A stretch of 64,000 nt of DNA from Isurus oxyrinchus (Eukaryota), in NCBI GenBank assembly GCA_026770705.1, contig JANJGN010000026.1, forward strand, positions 24,490,001 to 24,554,000. The letters are read 5' to 3'. Shown one piece after another: positions 23,208-35,655 of this stretch (positions within the stretch are counted from its first letter, which is position 1; each line of letters opens with the position of its first letter). Under the pieces are notes generated by a model, which was not told where the DNA came from, ran no database searches, and was given only the letters and a program-made list of their open reading frames with translations. A program made the translations under genes and the position numbers.

Positions 23208-24915
23208 CCTCCACTACGCACGACAGTGGTTCTTCCTGCCAACGCCAGGAATAAATCTGATCAGTTGTGAGGATCACAACTAAATAGTTATTTGGAAAGT
23301 CTCTCATTTGATTCTGTTAAATAACGATATCAGCTATGCTTGATTTTGATTGGCGCACATTACTCCGAGTCGCCCACTTTCCCTTCATAAACGTTACCAG
23401 CAATCGCCACCAGATGACAGGAGGAGGATGGTTCACTTCGTTTGAGTTGAACCCGATTACAAATTGGGAATTTTTATTATTTATTGAGATTGAGCCAAGT
23501 CAGCATGTGTTGGCCATCCCTAACTGCCCTTGAGAAGATGGTAGTGAGCTGCCTCCTTGAACCGCTGCAGCCCATGCCGTGTAGGTACACCCACAGTGAT
23601 GTTAGGGAGGGAGCTCCAGGATTTTAACCCAGTGACAGTGAAGGAACGGCGATATATTTCCAAATCAGGATGATGAGTGACTTTGAGGGGAACTTCCAGG
23701 TGGTGGTGATGTTCCCATATATCTGCTGCTGTTGTCCTTCTAGATGGGAGAGGTTTTGGAATGGAGGCTTGACGTGTTTATTTAAGCACTTAATTTTGAA
23801 TTCAGAAATTAATATTCAGTGGACGTCTGGGGTTCTGTTGATTAACTAATAAATTACTGTGAACACGGTAATTTTTAAATAAATTTCCTGTGAATATTTC
23901 TAATGATCAGTTCATCCAAGATTGGTTGTCCGCACCTCCCCCCCCCCCCCCCCATTCTGCTAAAATCCATCATACCGCCAAACCCCTCCCTCTACCACTT
24001 AATTCATTTCAAATGCGGCGTTTCTCTATTTACTGCATTGTTGTATTTAAATCCCTCAGGACTCACTGGCCACTTGTATCCGGAGCGGGGTGTACGCATA
24101 GTTAGAGAGCAGCTCATTTAATTGGGGGCTCCAGCTTCCCTACCAGAACAATATTAACTGTTTTCCATCTCTCCCCCTGCCACTCAGATTGAACCTGTTA
24201 AAGTGACAACATTAGGTTTAACCATCGTCCGTACTCAGATGTGAGGTGAACTTTGTCCCTTTCTCCCCTCGCCGAAGGATTGGAGATCAAAGGAGTTGTG
24301 AGGTCATAGGTTTAATTGAAGGCAAAGGAGTTTTAAGCTGATTGGATGTCAACTGGTGACGCTACCAGGAATAAACCAATCAGCAGAATGGCGGATGTTA
24401 CTCAACCTCTTCCCAATTCTTTACTAAAACAATTTCAGCTTCAGCCCCTCCTGCTCAAATCCGCCTGAGCTGTCTGCAAACATGTCTCCTGTTGCTTTGT
24501 ATTTATTCCTCACAGCGGCAGCTTCTTTAACCGGTAGGTTCACAAGTTGCACAGCTCTGTGTTTCCAATCGTTGCCAAACATTGCCTTTAATCTGGCAGT
24601 TCTCTCAACAATGTAACAATGGATTGATCCCAGATAAACAAATCATCGGTATCCACGGACTTTGACAAACACTCGACTTTTTAACCCATAGGCCATTTTC
24701 AGTTTTTCCTCCAAATTACAGGAAACGAGGGCGAGGAACTGATCTCCAGAGAAGTTGCCAAATGTTCGTTAAAGGAAGGTATATTTAATCTGGCCAAGCA
24801 GTTTCCCGTTACAGCCCCTGAGCTGCGGGAAACGTATTTCTGTTTAGCTGCCCTGATTCATTTCTCAGGTTATTGTTCAGGGTAATGGGCCGATTCAGGG
24901 GGGAGACATAGTGAA

Positions 24916-25300
24916 ATGACATTGTTTAATTTAATATCTCTCTTGGCTCTTACAGGATATTGTGGAGGAGACTCTGTTTCACAGACACCGGCTGCAGTCG
25001 CAGTGAGTGAAGGAGACGATGGTCACTTGTTCTGTAATTATACAACTACAAGCACTGGCAATTATTACCTATTCTGGTACCGTCAGTATCCCAGCGGATC
25101 CCTGGGGTATCTGCTGCAGAGGAATAAATACAGCGAGGACACAGGAAGATTGCAGGGGGACCGTTTTTCAGCGAAGCTGGATTATGTGAATCGCACCGTC
25201 CCGCTGAAAGTGTCTAAAACAGAACTGAGAGACTCCGCGATGTATTACTGCGCAGTGAAACCCACAGAGACACAGAATTGGGATGAACCCCACAAAAACT
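24916..25300 (+). CDS. TCR alpha/delta V with intact ORF and a contiguous in-frame signal-like peptide
   Basis: MTLFNLISLLALTGYCGG-DSVSQTP..LFCNY..LFWYRQYP..DSAMYYCAVK; CACAGAG 25263-25269 + 22 nt + ACAAAAACT. Confidence 0.9.
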
Positions 25301-27001
25301 ATCAAAGCGACACTCAACATTACAGTGCGTTGTGATCAGCGGCGAATCTGAACTGATTCATGAAATTGGGATGTCTCGTACTTTTCATTCTCTTATATAC
25401 TTTCATTCGTGATATTAAAAAAATATGAATGCAGGCAGTTTTGCAATAAAGTAGATATCGCCTTCCGTGATGTCCTGAAGCGTTTCACCATCACTGTTAT
25501 AATAGAATGTAGAAAACTTAGCCGCCATTGGACCTAGCATGGTCCTACGAACAGAACTGTTTCAATGGCCAGCCTGTTCCAGTGGCAGTGATTGGTGGAT
25601 AGGCATCGTCCAGGGCAATTCCTCTGCTCTCCTTCGAAATAGTGTGTTTGATACGTTCACCTGAGAGGGCTGGCGGCGCCCTTAATTTAACATCTCATCG
25701 GGACGTCGGCCCCTTCTACCCTTCCCTTAGGACTGCACTGTGGTATCAGCAAAGGTCATGGAGGTCAAGTCTCTGGGAACCATGAAACCCCTGATTCAGA
25801 GGCGATGAGGTGAATCACTGGGCCTTGCCTGACAGGTAATGTTTGCAGATTAGCCCTCCTACTCTTAATTCTAAGTCAGTTGTATATTTTTGATAATGAA
25901 TATATAATATATATGAACAAATGCAGGTAATAAATGCAAATTATTCATAAATGTGATCGGACTGATGACTGACAGATGGGAGACGGCGGCCTCTCGGCGT
26001 CTCGGTCACTGACTCTCCCTGAAAAGGAGACCAGTTTCCGTCAAGGTCATCTGGCAACTTCCCGGATTGCTTTTTTCCCGACACACTGCCGGTGTCCTGT
26101 TGAGCGGAAAGAATCTCTGAACAAACCAGAGACAGAATCCGGGTAGGTAGTGACCGCTCATCAACACTAGCTGTGAAAATGGATTGAAATAAAGAACCTG
26201 CAATATTTAAAGCAATAAAATGTATTAGCCCCTGTGAAAAACGGGTGGACAATGAAATTAATCCCTAGGATCAAATATCACTGGACAAGAAGAGAAGCAA
26301 AGATTTTTACTGATGTGGGAAATTTTATCGATTCAGGACGCTGGAAAGCACTTTACAGCCCTGAAGTATATTTCCAGTGTAGTCGCTGTTGTGATATTAG
26401 AAATATTATTTACACAGAGGACAGTGGGAATGTTTAATTCTCTGCCAGAAAGGATTGTCACTCTCACCCTTGTAGTGGGAATGAAGGGATTGGGAGTCCA
26501 GGCATTTTCCAGATACTTCGAACTTGCGGCCCATAGTAACCAAAACATTTGGTCAGGAAAAGATGGACGGACCCGCCACCCCATCACCCCAACCGCCGGG
26601 GGCTCAACCCCCACCTCCCTCTTCCCCCCTCTCTCTCTCCACCCCCACCCCTCCGCCTGTATCTCCATTTATGACACATATTGATTGGATACATTGTGCT
26701 AACCTTTTGTGTCGTGACATTGGAACGTGAAATACAATAACCACTCTTTAAGCAGCCTGTACCATAACATCTCCATTTACCTTATAGGTTCCTGCCCTAT
26801 TTACACTATTGTTTGCAGTGAAGTGTCAAGATGCAAAAGTATTTCCTGTAATTTACAACTGTCACCTGTGGCAGTGGTCAACTGGCAGCTCTCGAAGCTT
26901 TGGTCAAAGAGAAAGTCTTCGAGCGCCATCTAGTGGCATCCAGACTGTGAAACAGCGATTCTCAATTTATTCTCTAATATTGCCGCATGCTGCTGCTGGA
27001 T

Positions 27002-27152
27002 AAAAACAAAAAACAAAAAACTGCCGATGCTGGAAATCCAAAACAAAAACAGAATTAGTCTGTCGAAGGGTCATGAGGACTCGAAACGTCAACTCTTTTC
27101 TTCTCCGCTGATGCTGCCAGACCTGCTGAGTTTTTCCAGGTAATTCTGTTTT
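27002..27152. mobile_element. Short fold-back PLE-end insertion
   Basis: TSD TGCTGCTGCTGGAT; contains CTGTCGA...GAAACGTC. Confidence 0.85.
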
Positions 27153-27642
27153 TGCTGCTGCTGGATTATTATTATGCCAGTTTCTTTGCTTTGATTTTAT
27201 TTTTTTTGTAACTGCTGCTCTTTTGTTATTCTGTTTTTGAAACCTTTACTGCATAATAATAACCCGAGATTATTTGCCAGTTTTCTGCATGCTTACATCA
27301 TCAACACAGTACATGTTCATTTGCAGAAATAGATCAACTTATCTTAATGACCTCACAAATCAACAACTGATGACGTTGGATTGTTAATTTCCAAAGAATA
27401 GGAGAGCTCCCTAATCATAAAAACAAGATGTCAACCAAATTTCAATAAACTACTGAATCAAGAGCAATTTATGTTTCTCTACTCAGGGTTAATCTGAATG
27501 TTATATTATTATAAGTGAAAGAATATTTTTATTCCATTAGTTTACTCAGATTTTCATTTATTTTTTGTTACAGATTTTACTTGCATCGCACTTACTTGTG
27601 GATCCCTCTGGCTGGTTGTCTCCTCAGTCTTCATGTCGAGTG

Positions 27643-27953
27643 AATTATTGTACAGGCTCTTTATCTCTTTGTTTCACCATGTTTCATTGCAGTGTTATAC
27701 ACAGCAGCGTCTGGCATCTGAATGGTGTTAACGGTGAGCATGGTGGTACCTTTCTCATGGTCCTCAGATATTTTCAAGCTTCTCTCAACTCTTTAATCTC
27801 AGAATGTGGAGACTAGATACTCGGGAGATTGATTGGAGAATTGCCTATACCAGGATACAAAGACACTTCTGACGAAAGTAACGGAACAATGTAGCGAAAT
27901 GGTTTGTCCGACAGTTCCACGATATCTGAACTGCCTCTGAATTTAAGGAAAGG
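27643..27953 (-). pseudogene. Divergent V pseudogene (missed by the ORF track) with 23-RSS
   Basis: GTVGQTISLHCSVTFVRSVFVSWYRQFSNQSPEYL..TMLTVNTIQMPDAAVYNTAMK, three stops; CATGGTG + 23 nt + ACAATAATT. Confidence 0.85.
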
Positions 27954-28034
27954 CTGCCAGAACAAGAAAAAAAAACTAACCATGTATGCAAGAAGAATTA
28001 AATAAGTGTTGGTGGATACAGAAATAATGAATGG

Positions 28035-28170
28035 ATCTATCTAGCTATCTGTCTGTCTGTTTATCTATCTATTTATCTATCTGTCTTTCTTTCTTTCTGT
28101 CTGTCTGAGTGCTTATCTGTCTATCTCTGTATCTATCTGTCTATCTATCTAATTTCTATCTATCTATCTC
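28035..28170. repeat. (TCTA/TCTG)n microsatellite
   Basis: Direct inspection. Confidence 0.9.
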
Positions 28171-28214
28171 ACGGACAGTCAGAACTCTTTTTCTGACCAC
28201 CTACTTACTTTGTA

Positions 28215-28620
28215 TTAAAACAGAAAATGCTGGAAAAACTCAGCAGATCTGGCAGAATCTGTGGAGAAAGAAATAGAGTTAAAGTTCGAGCCTGTATGAC
28301 ACTTCAGAGCTAAAGAAAAGCAGAAATGTGATGGATTTTATACTGGTTAAGAGGTGGTGGAGCGAGATAAAAGGCCAAGAGTCTGTGGGAACTAAGGAGA
28401 GATTGACAAAGATGTCATGGACACAAGACAAAGGGAGTGTTAATGGTAGTGGTGAAGAGTAAATAAGGTGCTGATAGTGGCATAAAGGTAAGTTAGAAGA
28501 ACGTGTTCATAGCAGAACAAGAGGCAGCACTCTGTAAGAGCACAAAATAGAAACAAGAGACAGATGGCCCTGTCCGGGGTGGGAGGTGATGGGTGTGGTT
28601 GGGGGAAAAAGATTAAAAAT
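28215..28620 (-). mobile_element. Older PLE 3'-end fragment
   Basis: AAAACAGAAAATGCTGGAAAAACTCAGCAG...; similar to 11549-11900. Confidence 0.7.
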
Positions 28621-29096
28621 GACTGAGTTTGGGAGGTCTGTGCTTAGTGGTTGGCCTGATTTGACAGTTCCTGATCATGGGAAGCCGGGTTGCAGCAGTT
28701 CTGAATGAATAATGCCGAGCAGAAATTTAAAAAAAAAACTTTAAATCTTTAAACTAAATACTGGAAAGAAGAAAGTTAAATGATTATGGGTGAAACATGG
28801 GAACCAGCGACGAGAAAGGACAGACTGGAAAAATAAATTGAAAGACACAGGATTAATCAAGATTCCACAGCTGCATTTGTGAAGTTTATTTTTTTATTAC
28901 AAATTGGAGTTCAAATCACCAATATAATTCCACAAGTGACCCTCACCAGCTCTTATTGCGCTTTATGGTTTATTCCAGTTTTAGATAATTCCTTTGGCTC
29001 ACACTGGATGTTAAATTATCGCTTCTATTTACCAGTGGAGGTTGAATTATCTCTTCTATTTATCAGTGTGAGATCGCCGAATGGTACTGCCAGTGT

Positions 29097-29584
29097 GGGT
29101 TTTGCCCCAGATCCGCTACATCAGTACGGCAGGTGTTAGGGTCCAAGGCACAGAAATACACGGTGGCATCGGAGATCAGGGCTTCAATGACCCTTAACTC
29201 AGCGATCGTGGTTTTATTAAAAGGAGTGTATCAGTAAATTCAGGACCAAGTTTGCTATCCCTTCATAGAGATAAAACATGTGCTGTGGAGGATCCCAAGG
29301 ATGTTGGCTGTTCCAGAACACATTAGTGTTGAAATAATTTGCTTTGAAGTTGCAGTTTAGGGTGATAGTATTTTCATCGTCAAGAGTTATCTCAGCAGTC
29401 GATTGTTCTACTGTGTCTCGCTGGCTCCGTTCTGATATAAACATTATTAAGAGTCATCGACTCTTCATTAACAACATCGTCATCAGTATCAGTCGGGACA
29501 TCTGGGTTACAGCATTCCGAGGGAGAATAAATACTTATTGAGAAGTGATATAATGATGAGGAAATGCACAGCATGTTTCTGCAT
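29097..29584 (-). pseudogene. V pseudogene (30.4-kb family): GT>AT donor, frameshift, decayed RSS
   Basis: Leader MQKHAVHFLIIISLL|ATAAGT; exon from 29431 DTVEQ..LNCNF..FWNSQHP..DATVYFCALD. Confidence 0.88.
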
Positions 29585-30378
29585 GAGGGTCCTTCTCTCT
29601 GCAACTCCACAGTCCGTGAAACCCTCTGTCAGAGCTCCGCCGCTGAGCTGCTGATCCAAACAATGTCAAACAGAGAACGGCGGCAGCAACCTGTCCAATC
29701 ACACAGGGGAGGCAATCATACATCAGAGCGATGGCAGCAAACGGAAGATGTGGGCGGGGCTTCAGCAGGAAGTGTCATCACACATCGAACCCATTTGTGA
29801 GGAGCTGGCATCAATAATAATGTCCCCTTCGAAAATGATGTAACTCTGCCTCTCTATAAGGGCTGTTGTACTTTTACATTCATTCCATATTGGAGGCGAG
29901 CAGGGTGAACACTGCCGTGTCAGGATTAGTAAATTATTCAACATTAAATGAAGTTTTCATTTGCTGAATCGGTTAAAAACGGGGCAGAGCCTATGGACGG
30001 CTGGGATAGATTGGTTCGGAGTTAATGTGCAAGGAAGTACCAAAGGTTTGAAACCTTTAAACCAAAGGCTGAAGAAGGAAATGCCTGCAAATATGGGTAA
30101 CGGATGGAGACAGAGCGTGAGAAAGATCAAATCGGCAGGGAAATGTATCCAAAGGGAAAAGGGTGACGTAACACGTAAATGTATCCGTAATGTTAATGTT
30201 ATTAGATATGCCAGTTGAAATCGCAAATTAATATTATTGTGGAAATAGTCATTATCTGCTCTGGTAGAAAGTTGTGGGATTTTTTTGCAACTTTTCTCCC
30301 TGTGGAGACGGAATTATTGCTTCCGTTTGTCGGTGTGAGAGCGCCCTCTGTTGAGCACTAATTGAAGCTCTTAGTGAG

Positions 30379-30888
30379 GGTTTTTGTACGGGATCCGCTC
30401 CCTCTCTGCAGCAGTGTGGAGTCCAAGGCACAGAAATATACCGCGCTGTGAGAGATCAGGGTGTCACCGATCATGAGTTCGGTAATCTTGGCAGTTTTAC
30501 TGAACGTTGCTGAAAACCGATCAGTGATGCCCTTAGGTCTGTATGCCTTCTGTGGACGCTGCTCGGGGCTCTGACTGTACCAATACACATAAGGGTTATA
30601 AGTTCTTATTTTCAATGTGCAAACTATTGTGATATTACTTTTCTCTTCAATTATCATCTCAGCAACCAGCTGTTCCACTGTGTCTTGATGGCACCATTCT
30701 AACACAAAACAATAGCAAAACAGCAATCAGTATCAGCCTCATACTGATCAACAGAATCATTATCATCACCATCGCGACTGCTTTTTGAACAACAACATCT
30801 GTGTTTCAGTAATTAGAGGAACATGGATTGTTTACTGGGAAGGAAATATTTACGAAGAAATGAGCAACGGAGCGAGATGGTTCCCCAT
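30379..30888 (-). CDS. V segment with open exon, shortened CDR2 region and 24-spacer RSS; leader appears out of phase
   Basis: WCHQDTVEQ..IVCTL..VYWYSQSPEQRPQKAYRPKGITDRFS..HSAVYFCALD; CACACTG + 24 nt + ACAAAAACC. Leader MGNHLAPLLIS ends phase 2 versus a phase-1 acceptor. Confidence 0.85.
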
Positions 30889-31239
30889 GATACTTCCTGA
30901 GTTAGTAGCTCTGCAGTGCGAGAAACCCTCTGCCGGAGCAAAAATACAGATCCCCGTCCCACTGCACTGCTGATACAACCAATGACAGGAATGGACCAGT
31001 GGCAGCAATTTTTCCAATAACACAACCGGGTCAGAGCGAGAGCAACAAATGGAAGCTTTGGGCGGGGATACCCCAGAGTCAATATTGAGCGAAGTGTGCG
31101 GTGACTCTCAGCTGCACCCGGAACTGAAGGAGCGGAAATAGTGACGATTGAATCTCCAGAATCCTGTGACCATCCTGCACCTGCTCACAGTTCAAGTGAC
31201 TGAGAACTAATTGAGCGGGAGGGACATGAAGGAACTAGA

Positions 31240-31790
31240 ATCACAGAAACATAGAGTAGGAAATGAGGCCATTCGGCCCATCATATCTAAGCCTCATTGG
31301 AAAAGTTCTCCAATTCATCTTTCAACACCACATTTTCCACATTGCCCACATTTTGTTTTTACTTTTTTCAAGTTACTTATAATTTCCTTATAAATTACAT
31401 AAAATTTTCTTCTGAAAGTTACTAATGAATATTCTGCGATACCTTTGGACAGTGCATTCCAGATTTGAACGAATGGCAGTGTAATAAGTGAATATAACCT
31501 TTCCCTGTCTCTTTTCTCTTAAACTTGAGTACTTAGATTATCAAATTTTCTGCCAATGGAAACAGTTCCTCCATATCTAATGCATTAAACCTCTTGTAAT
31601 TTTTAGAACTTCAATTAAGTATCTCCTTTAATTCTTCAACATAAGAGAAATATTCCCTGTTTCCCTAGTCCTTTCAAATTGGAGGCCGTCATCCCTGGTG
31701 CCAATCTGGTATATTACGTTCAATATCTTGACATTCTATGTAAACTGTGGTTCCCTGACCTCTAAACAGTGAGTTATAAAGCTTTAATAT
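31240..31790 (-). mobile_element. Degraded CR1 LINE 3' end
   Basis: GAATCACAGAAACATAGAG..GGCCATTCGGCCCATC tail and decayed ORF2 end. Confidence 0.65.
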
Positions 31791-32146
31791 TACTTAAATA
31801 TTGCATGGATATCAACGAGAAAGATTGATTCTGATCAGCTGCTGGGAAAATTATGTAAATGTCGTCTTTTGATATGTAAATAATTGAACATTAAATCCAC
31901 TCAATGGTTCTATTTTAAATCAGATTGAACATAATTCGCCAGCAGAGGGCGCCAGGCCCAAGCATGTTAATTTGAAAGTCACGTGAGACGAACGCCAAAG
32001 CCAATAGGGGTGGTAGCCTAACTGATGGGCCCGGCCCTCTGCAGTGTGTGGGTGGAACAATGAGCGGAACAGAGCCTGGGCTCTGTCTCTCCTTCTCAAT
32101 CTCTGGCTCATTCGATTCACATCCACTGAGGGAGATTCAGTCAGAC

Positions 32147-32714
32147 ATGTTTCTGATAATACTGGCCGCTATGTTGGACAGTAAGTACTGGGTAATGTTC
32201 AGCAAAACAGTTTAGCAGGTTGATGTAGAAAGTTTGTGCTACGAATTCATGGAGTTGGCGATCAGATGTATACATATTATGAACAGCTTGATGGATGGGA
32301 ATTCACACGCACTCAGAGAGATAGACGCATATTGAGATGGACCCTGTTTAACCTCCTGCTCTTTTGTTCCTCTGCTTTCACAGGCGGACTATGTGCCGAT
32401 TCAGTAACACAGACTCCAGTGACGTTAACCGTGTCAGAAGGGAGTTTGGGCAGTTACATTGTGAATATACGGACCAGGCTGTATACAATATGCAATGGGT
32501 TCGGTAGAAACCGGCACAGCCTCCCAGCTGGGTTCTTAGCCAAGGAGTGGGACTGAAAAAAGATGAACTCTCAGGACGATACCTGGCGGCTTCTGACAAG
32601 TCTAAAAAGTCCGGTTATCTCATTTTAAGCGGACTGAGTATGGAAGACGGGGCTGTCAATTACTGTGCAGTGAGGCACTTTAGTTTGTTTCCGGGCTCAC
32701 AGAGAACAAAAACT
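32147..32714 (+). pseudogene. V pseudogene (frameshift + TAG) with 23-RSS
   Basis: Leader MFLIILAAMLD|GTAAGT; DSVTQTP..LHCEY..MQWVR*KP..EDGAVNYCAVR; CACTTTA + 23 nt + ACAAAAACT. Confidence 0.9.
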
Positions 32715-33255
32715 GGCAGATTTACATATTAAACATTTGGATTGCTGCCATTGCCTATGTCCAAGTCAATAGAGATTCGGCCTGGGAAATGTTGAGGCTT
32801 ATCTCCATGCCCTGAGTGCCTCGGTAAATATTTCGGGGCTTACCCAGAATATTGATGTACCAATAAAGGTAGAGAAAGCTCACAGATATGGTTTGTTCTT
32901 CCAGACAGTTAACTCAAAGGGATCCGGGGCAGTGAGGCTGCGCCACTGGTTGCTGTAACAAACACAGAATGAGCCTGGGATTGAATTTAAGACATTAGAT
33001 AGACAATTACCCTTTAAGCATGGACTCACCGCACAGCACGGCCATTATCAGAAAGGACAATGGGGAAAACATAGTGGCTGGTTCAGGCTTCGGCAGAAAT
33101 TAACTGAATTTTAAGCGGATGTTGACCATTCTCGCCTGATCAGGGGCAAACTTTACTTATTGGGCGACTGACGGACGGTTCCCTTCGAGAAAGTAATGAA
33201 ACTCCCAGCTGTCTGATCCCTGCACCGGCTACAAACCGTCAGGGTGTCCCTGGCA

Positions 33256-33798
33256 GGTTTTTGTCTGGTATTTGCTGCAGTGTCTCAACCGCGCAGCATT
33301 AAATGGCGGTGCCTGTCACTCGAGCGTCACTAACATTCAAAGCACTGCTCCTCTCTGCTGTAATGAACCGAGCCGTGCTCCTGTCCTGATCGCTGGTACC
33401 AGTCGCCAGGTGCTGCACGGTTCGGTCCGGGTATTGTCTGTTCCAGTGTAGGATCTGTTCTGCTGTTGTGGTGGAACAGGTCAACGATGCAGTTTCTCCC
33501 TCGGTAACAACTACTGACTTGGGAGATTGCTGCACTCCTTCACTGTCAGTGGCATCTGAGAAGAATATGTAGATATAGCGTAATATCATAAAATCAATAT
33601 TATCTCGCACAATAGAATATAACATAGCGCAACAAGTACAATATTACATAATACAAGATATACAATAAAGCAAAGTGCCAATGTAACACAACATAACGGA
33701 TGTGTAAAATATTCCTGTCAGGAATAGTGATCGCACTCACACAGAGGGAAGAGTAAGAAATGCAGAGAGATAATCACTAAAGTGAAGCTCAGCTTCAT
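33256..33798 (-). pseudogene. V pseudogene (one TAA in the YYC motif) with an 11-nt-spacer RSS
   Basis: Leader 33798-33741; exon from 33555 EGVQQSP..LTCS..LHWNRQYP..TAI*CCAVE; CACTGCA + 11 nt + ACAAAAACC. Confidence 0.88.
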
Positions 33799-34016
33799 GT
33801 CGGAACGTATCTACTTGTGTAAAGCAACTCTCAACAGATTAAGACCAAGAGAGGCTGTCGGAGGAGGCATATCAAACTGAGCCCAACAACAGTTACACCG
33901 CGTCCGACAGACCGGGGTCTCTTTGACTTGTGATCACAAAGTGTAGTTGCGAGGGAGTTTCAGCATTGACATGGTGTGAGGAGGGGAGTGCGCACGCGCC
34001 AGGGCATCTGTCTGCA

Positions 34017-34068
34017 TGACGTCACCCTGTAGTCTATGTGACGTCACCATACAATCTGTGTGACGTCA
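34017..34068. promoter_or_regulatory. Three perfect CRE palindromes at 22-bp spacing upstream of a V leader
   Basis: TGACGTCA at 34017, 34039 and 34061. Confidence 0.8.
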
Positions 34069-34432
34069 GACGGTCTGGTTTGAGGATCAGAAATACCTTT
34101 TTCAGAGCTGATCTGAATGTCGAGCCCGGAGTTTATGGGAAATAAAAGTTGATGAGAAACAGGTAGGACGGTTTATCCTGTAGATTGATTTAATGATGGA
34201 TATGTTCGGTAGAATCGGTTTCTGCAGTTTGTTTCTCTCGGCCGCTGTTGGAAACAGTTGGGTGACAGTTTGATCCGAGGTGAATGTGGTTTCCACTCTG
34301 TTTGTGTTTGAGCGGCTGACAGCGCCGCTGAACATTGTGGCTGCACATGCCCGAGATTCGATACAAACCCCAACAGACAGCAGCTCCCAGACACAGCCCA
34401 AAGTAAAGTGGTGAGACAGGGGTTCAATCATA

Positions 34433-34716
34433 AACTGTGAGTCCTGCTTCTGATCAACTCTTCAGAGTCCACTTTCCCCGCTCAGAGAGAGGTGTGACTG
34501 CCTGCACGGTGCTGTTGCTGTTGTCTGTCTCACCGATTGCCTGCTGACATGAGTAAGACTGCTTCTGTGAATACAGCCCGATAGGGATCAACCGGTACCA
34601 GAATAAAACACAGTCACTCCAAGTAATATAATCGGTGAAAATTAAAACAGCTACTTCTCTTTCTCTCTTAACATTTGAGGACAATATCTGAGTGACAGGA
34701 TCGCCATGACTCAGAT
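34433..34716 (-). pseudogene. Decayed V (family of V at 2.7 kb)
   Basis: cag|ATCTGAGTCATGGCGATCCTGTCACTCAG, LFWYR, heptamer CACAGTT. Confidence 0.7.
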
Positions 34717-35655
34717 CTGAAGCACATGATCAAACAGGAAATACTCATACAGGAGAATGTTTAAAATTCAGATTGAAACCATGTTTTGAAAACCTGATGA
34801 AATGTGTCTATTTCACAGTTCCCCGTCAGAAATACCCCGGCCGCGCCCCATGCATCCCAATTGCTGCCTGACGGCATTGCCGCCGTCCGCTCTGTAAAAG
34901 GGAAATTGAGATTAGAATGAACTCCCTCTAATCTGCACCATCAATAATCGGTTGTCATTCTCATGATCCCCTCACCTCATTCCCTTGTGTCTCCGGTGGA
35001 GCTTTGAGACCTGCGGGAGTGGGAGTGGCTGCCAGTGAATGGTAACAGCCCGAGTGGGGCTATAGTCAGCGTCTTTATAACGGAGATGGTTACATGGTTA
35101 GGGACAGGGGTGGGGGGTAGTTCCCTTTGTCTGGTTATTGAAAAATAGAAACACCGGGCTGTGAATTATGTCAGAAAACATTAAACAGACACTCGAAAGG
35201 ACAATGAACATTGAGGGAACTCTGTGCTTGGGGCTTGCTTTAAACAGCGCAATCATTGCCTCGTGAAATGTACTTATTTTCTACAAACCTTCCCTGAACC
35301 AAAAAAATACTCTGACCAAATAGACAACATGGGCCGGCTTTGATCACAGGGACCTCGAAAGGGACAGTGGAGATGGAGAAAGGGCTGAACAATAATTCAG
35401 ACAGGCAAGGAAAGATCATAAAAAGGCAAAATGTGTCTTAACGCACCACAGATTAGTTTGTGAAATTCATTTTTAGTATAGATGCATGCTAAAACCCAAC
35501 TCATAGATGTGCTCAACTGCTGCTCTGCTGTTCTTGTTGAGCGTTATGTTTGGTTTTGATATTTTATTAATGACTCTGTGACACCTGCAGGCTGAATTAT
35601 TTGTTTATCGGTGTGAGAGTGCCCTCTGCTGCGCACTGACTGGAACATCCAGTCG

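Noticed and set aside
25985-26030. ttttcag|GESVTETP V-exon start on the minus strand
   Set aside because: Too short; no Cys, Trp or RSS follows.
34300-34350. TGTGCAGC-CACAATG in the conserved intergenic block as an extra RSS
   Set aside because: Nonamer spacing is wrong and the heptamer is not conserved in the 18.3-kb copy.
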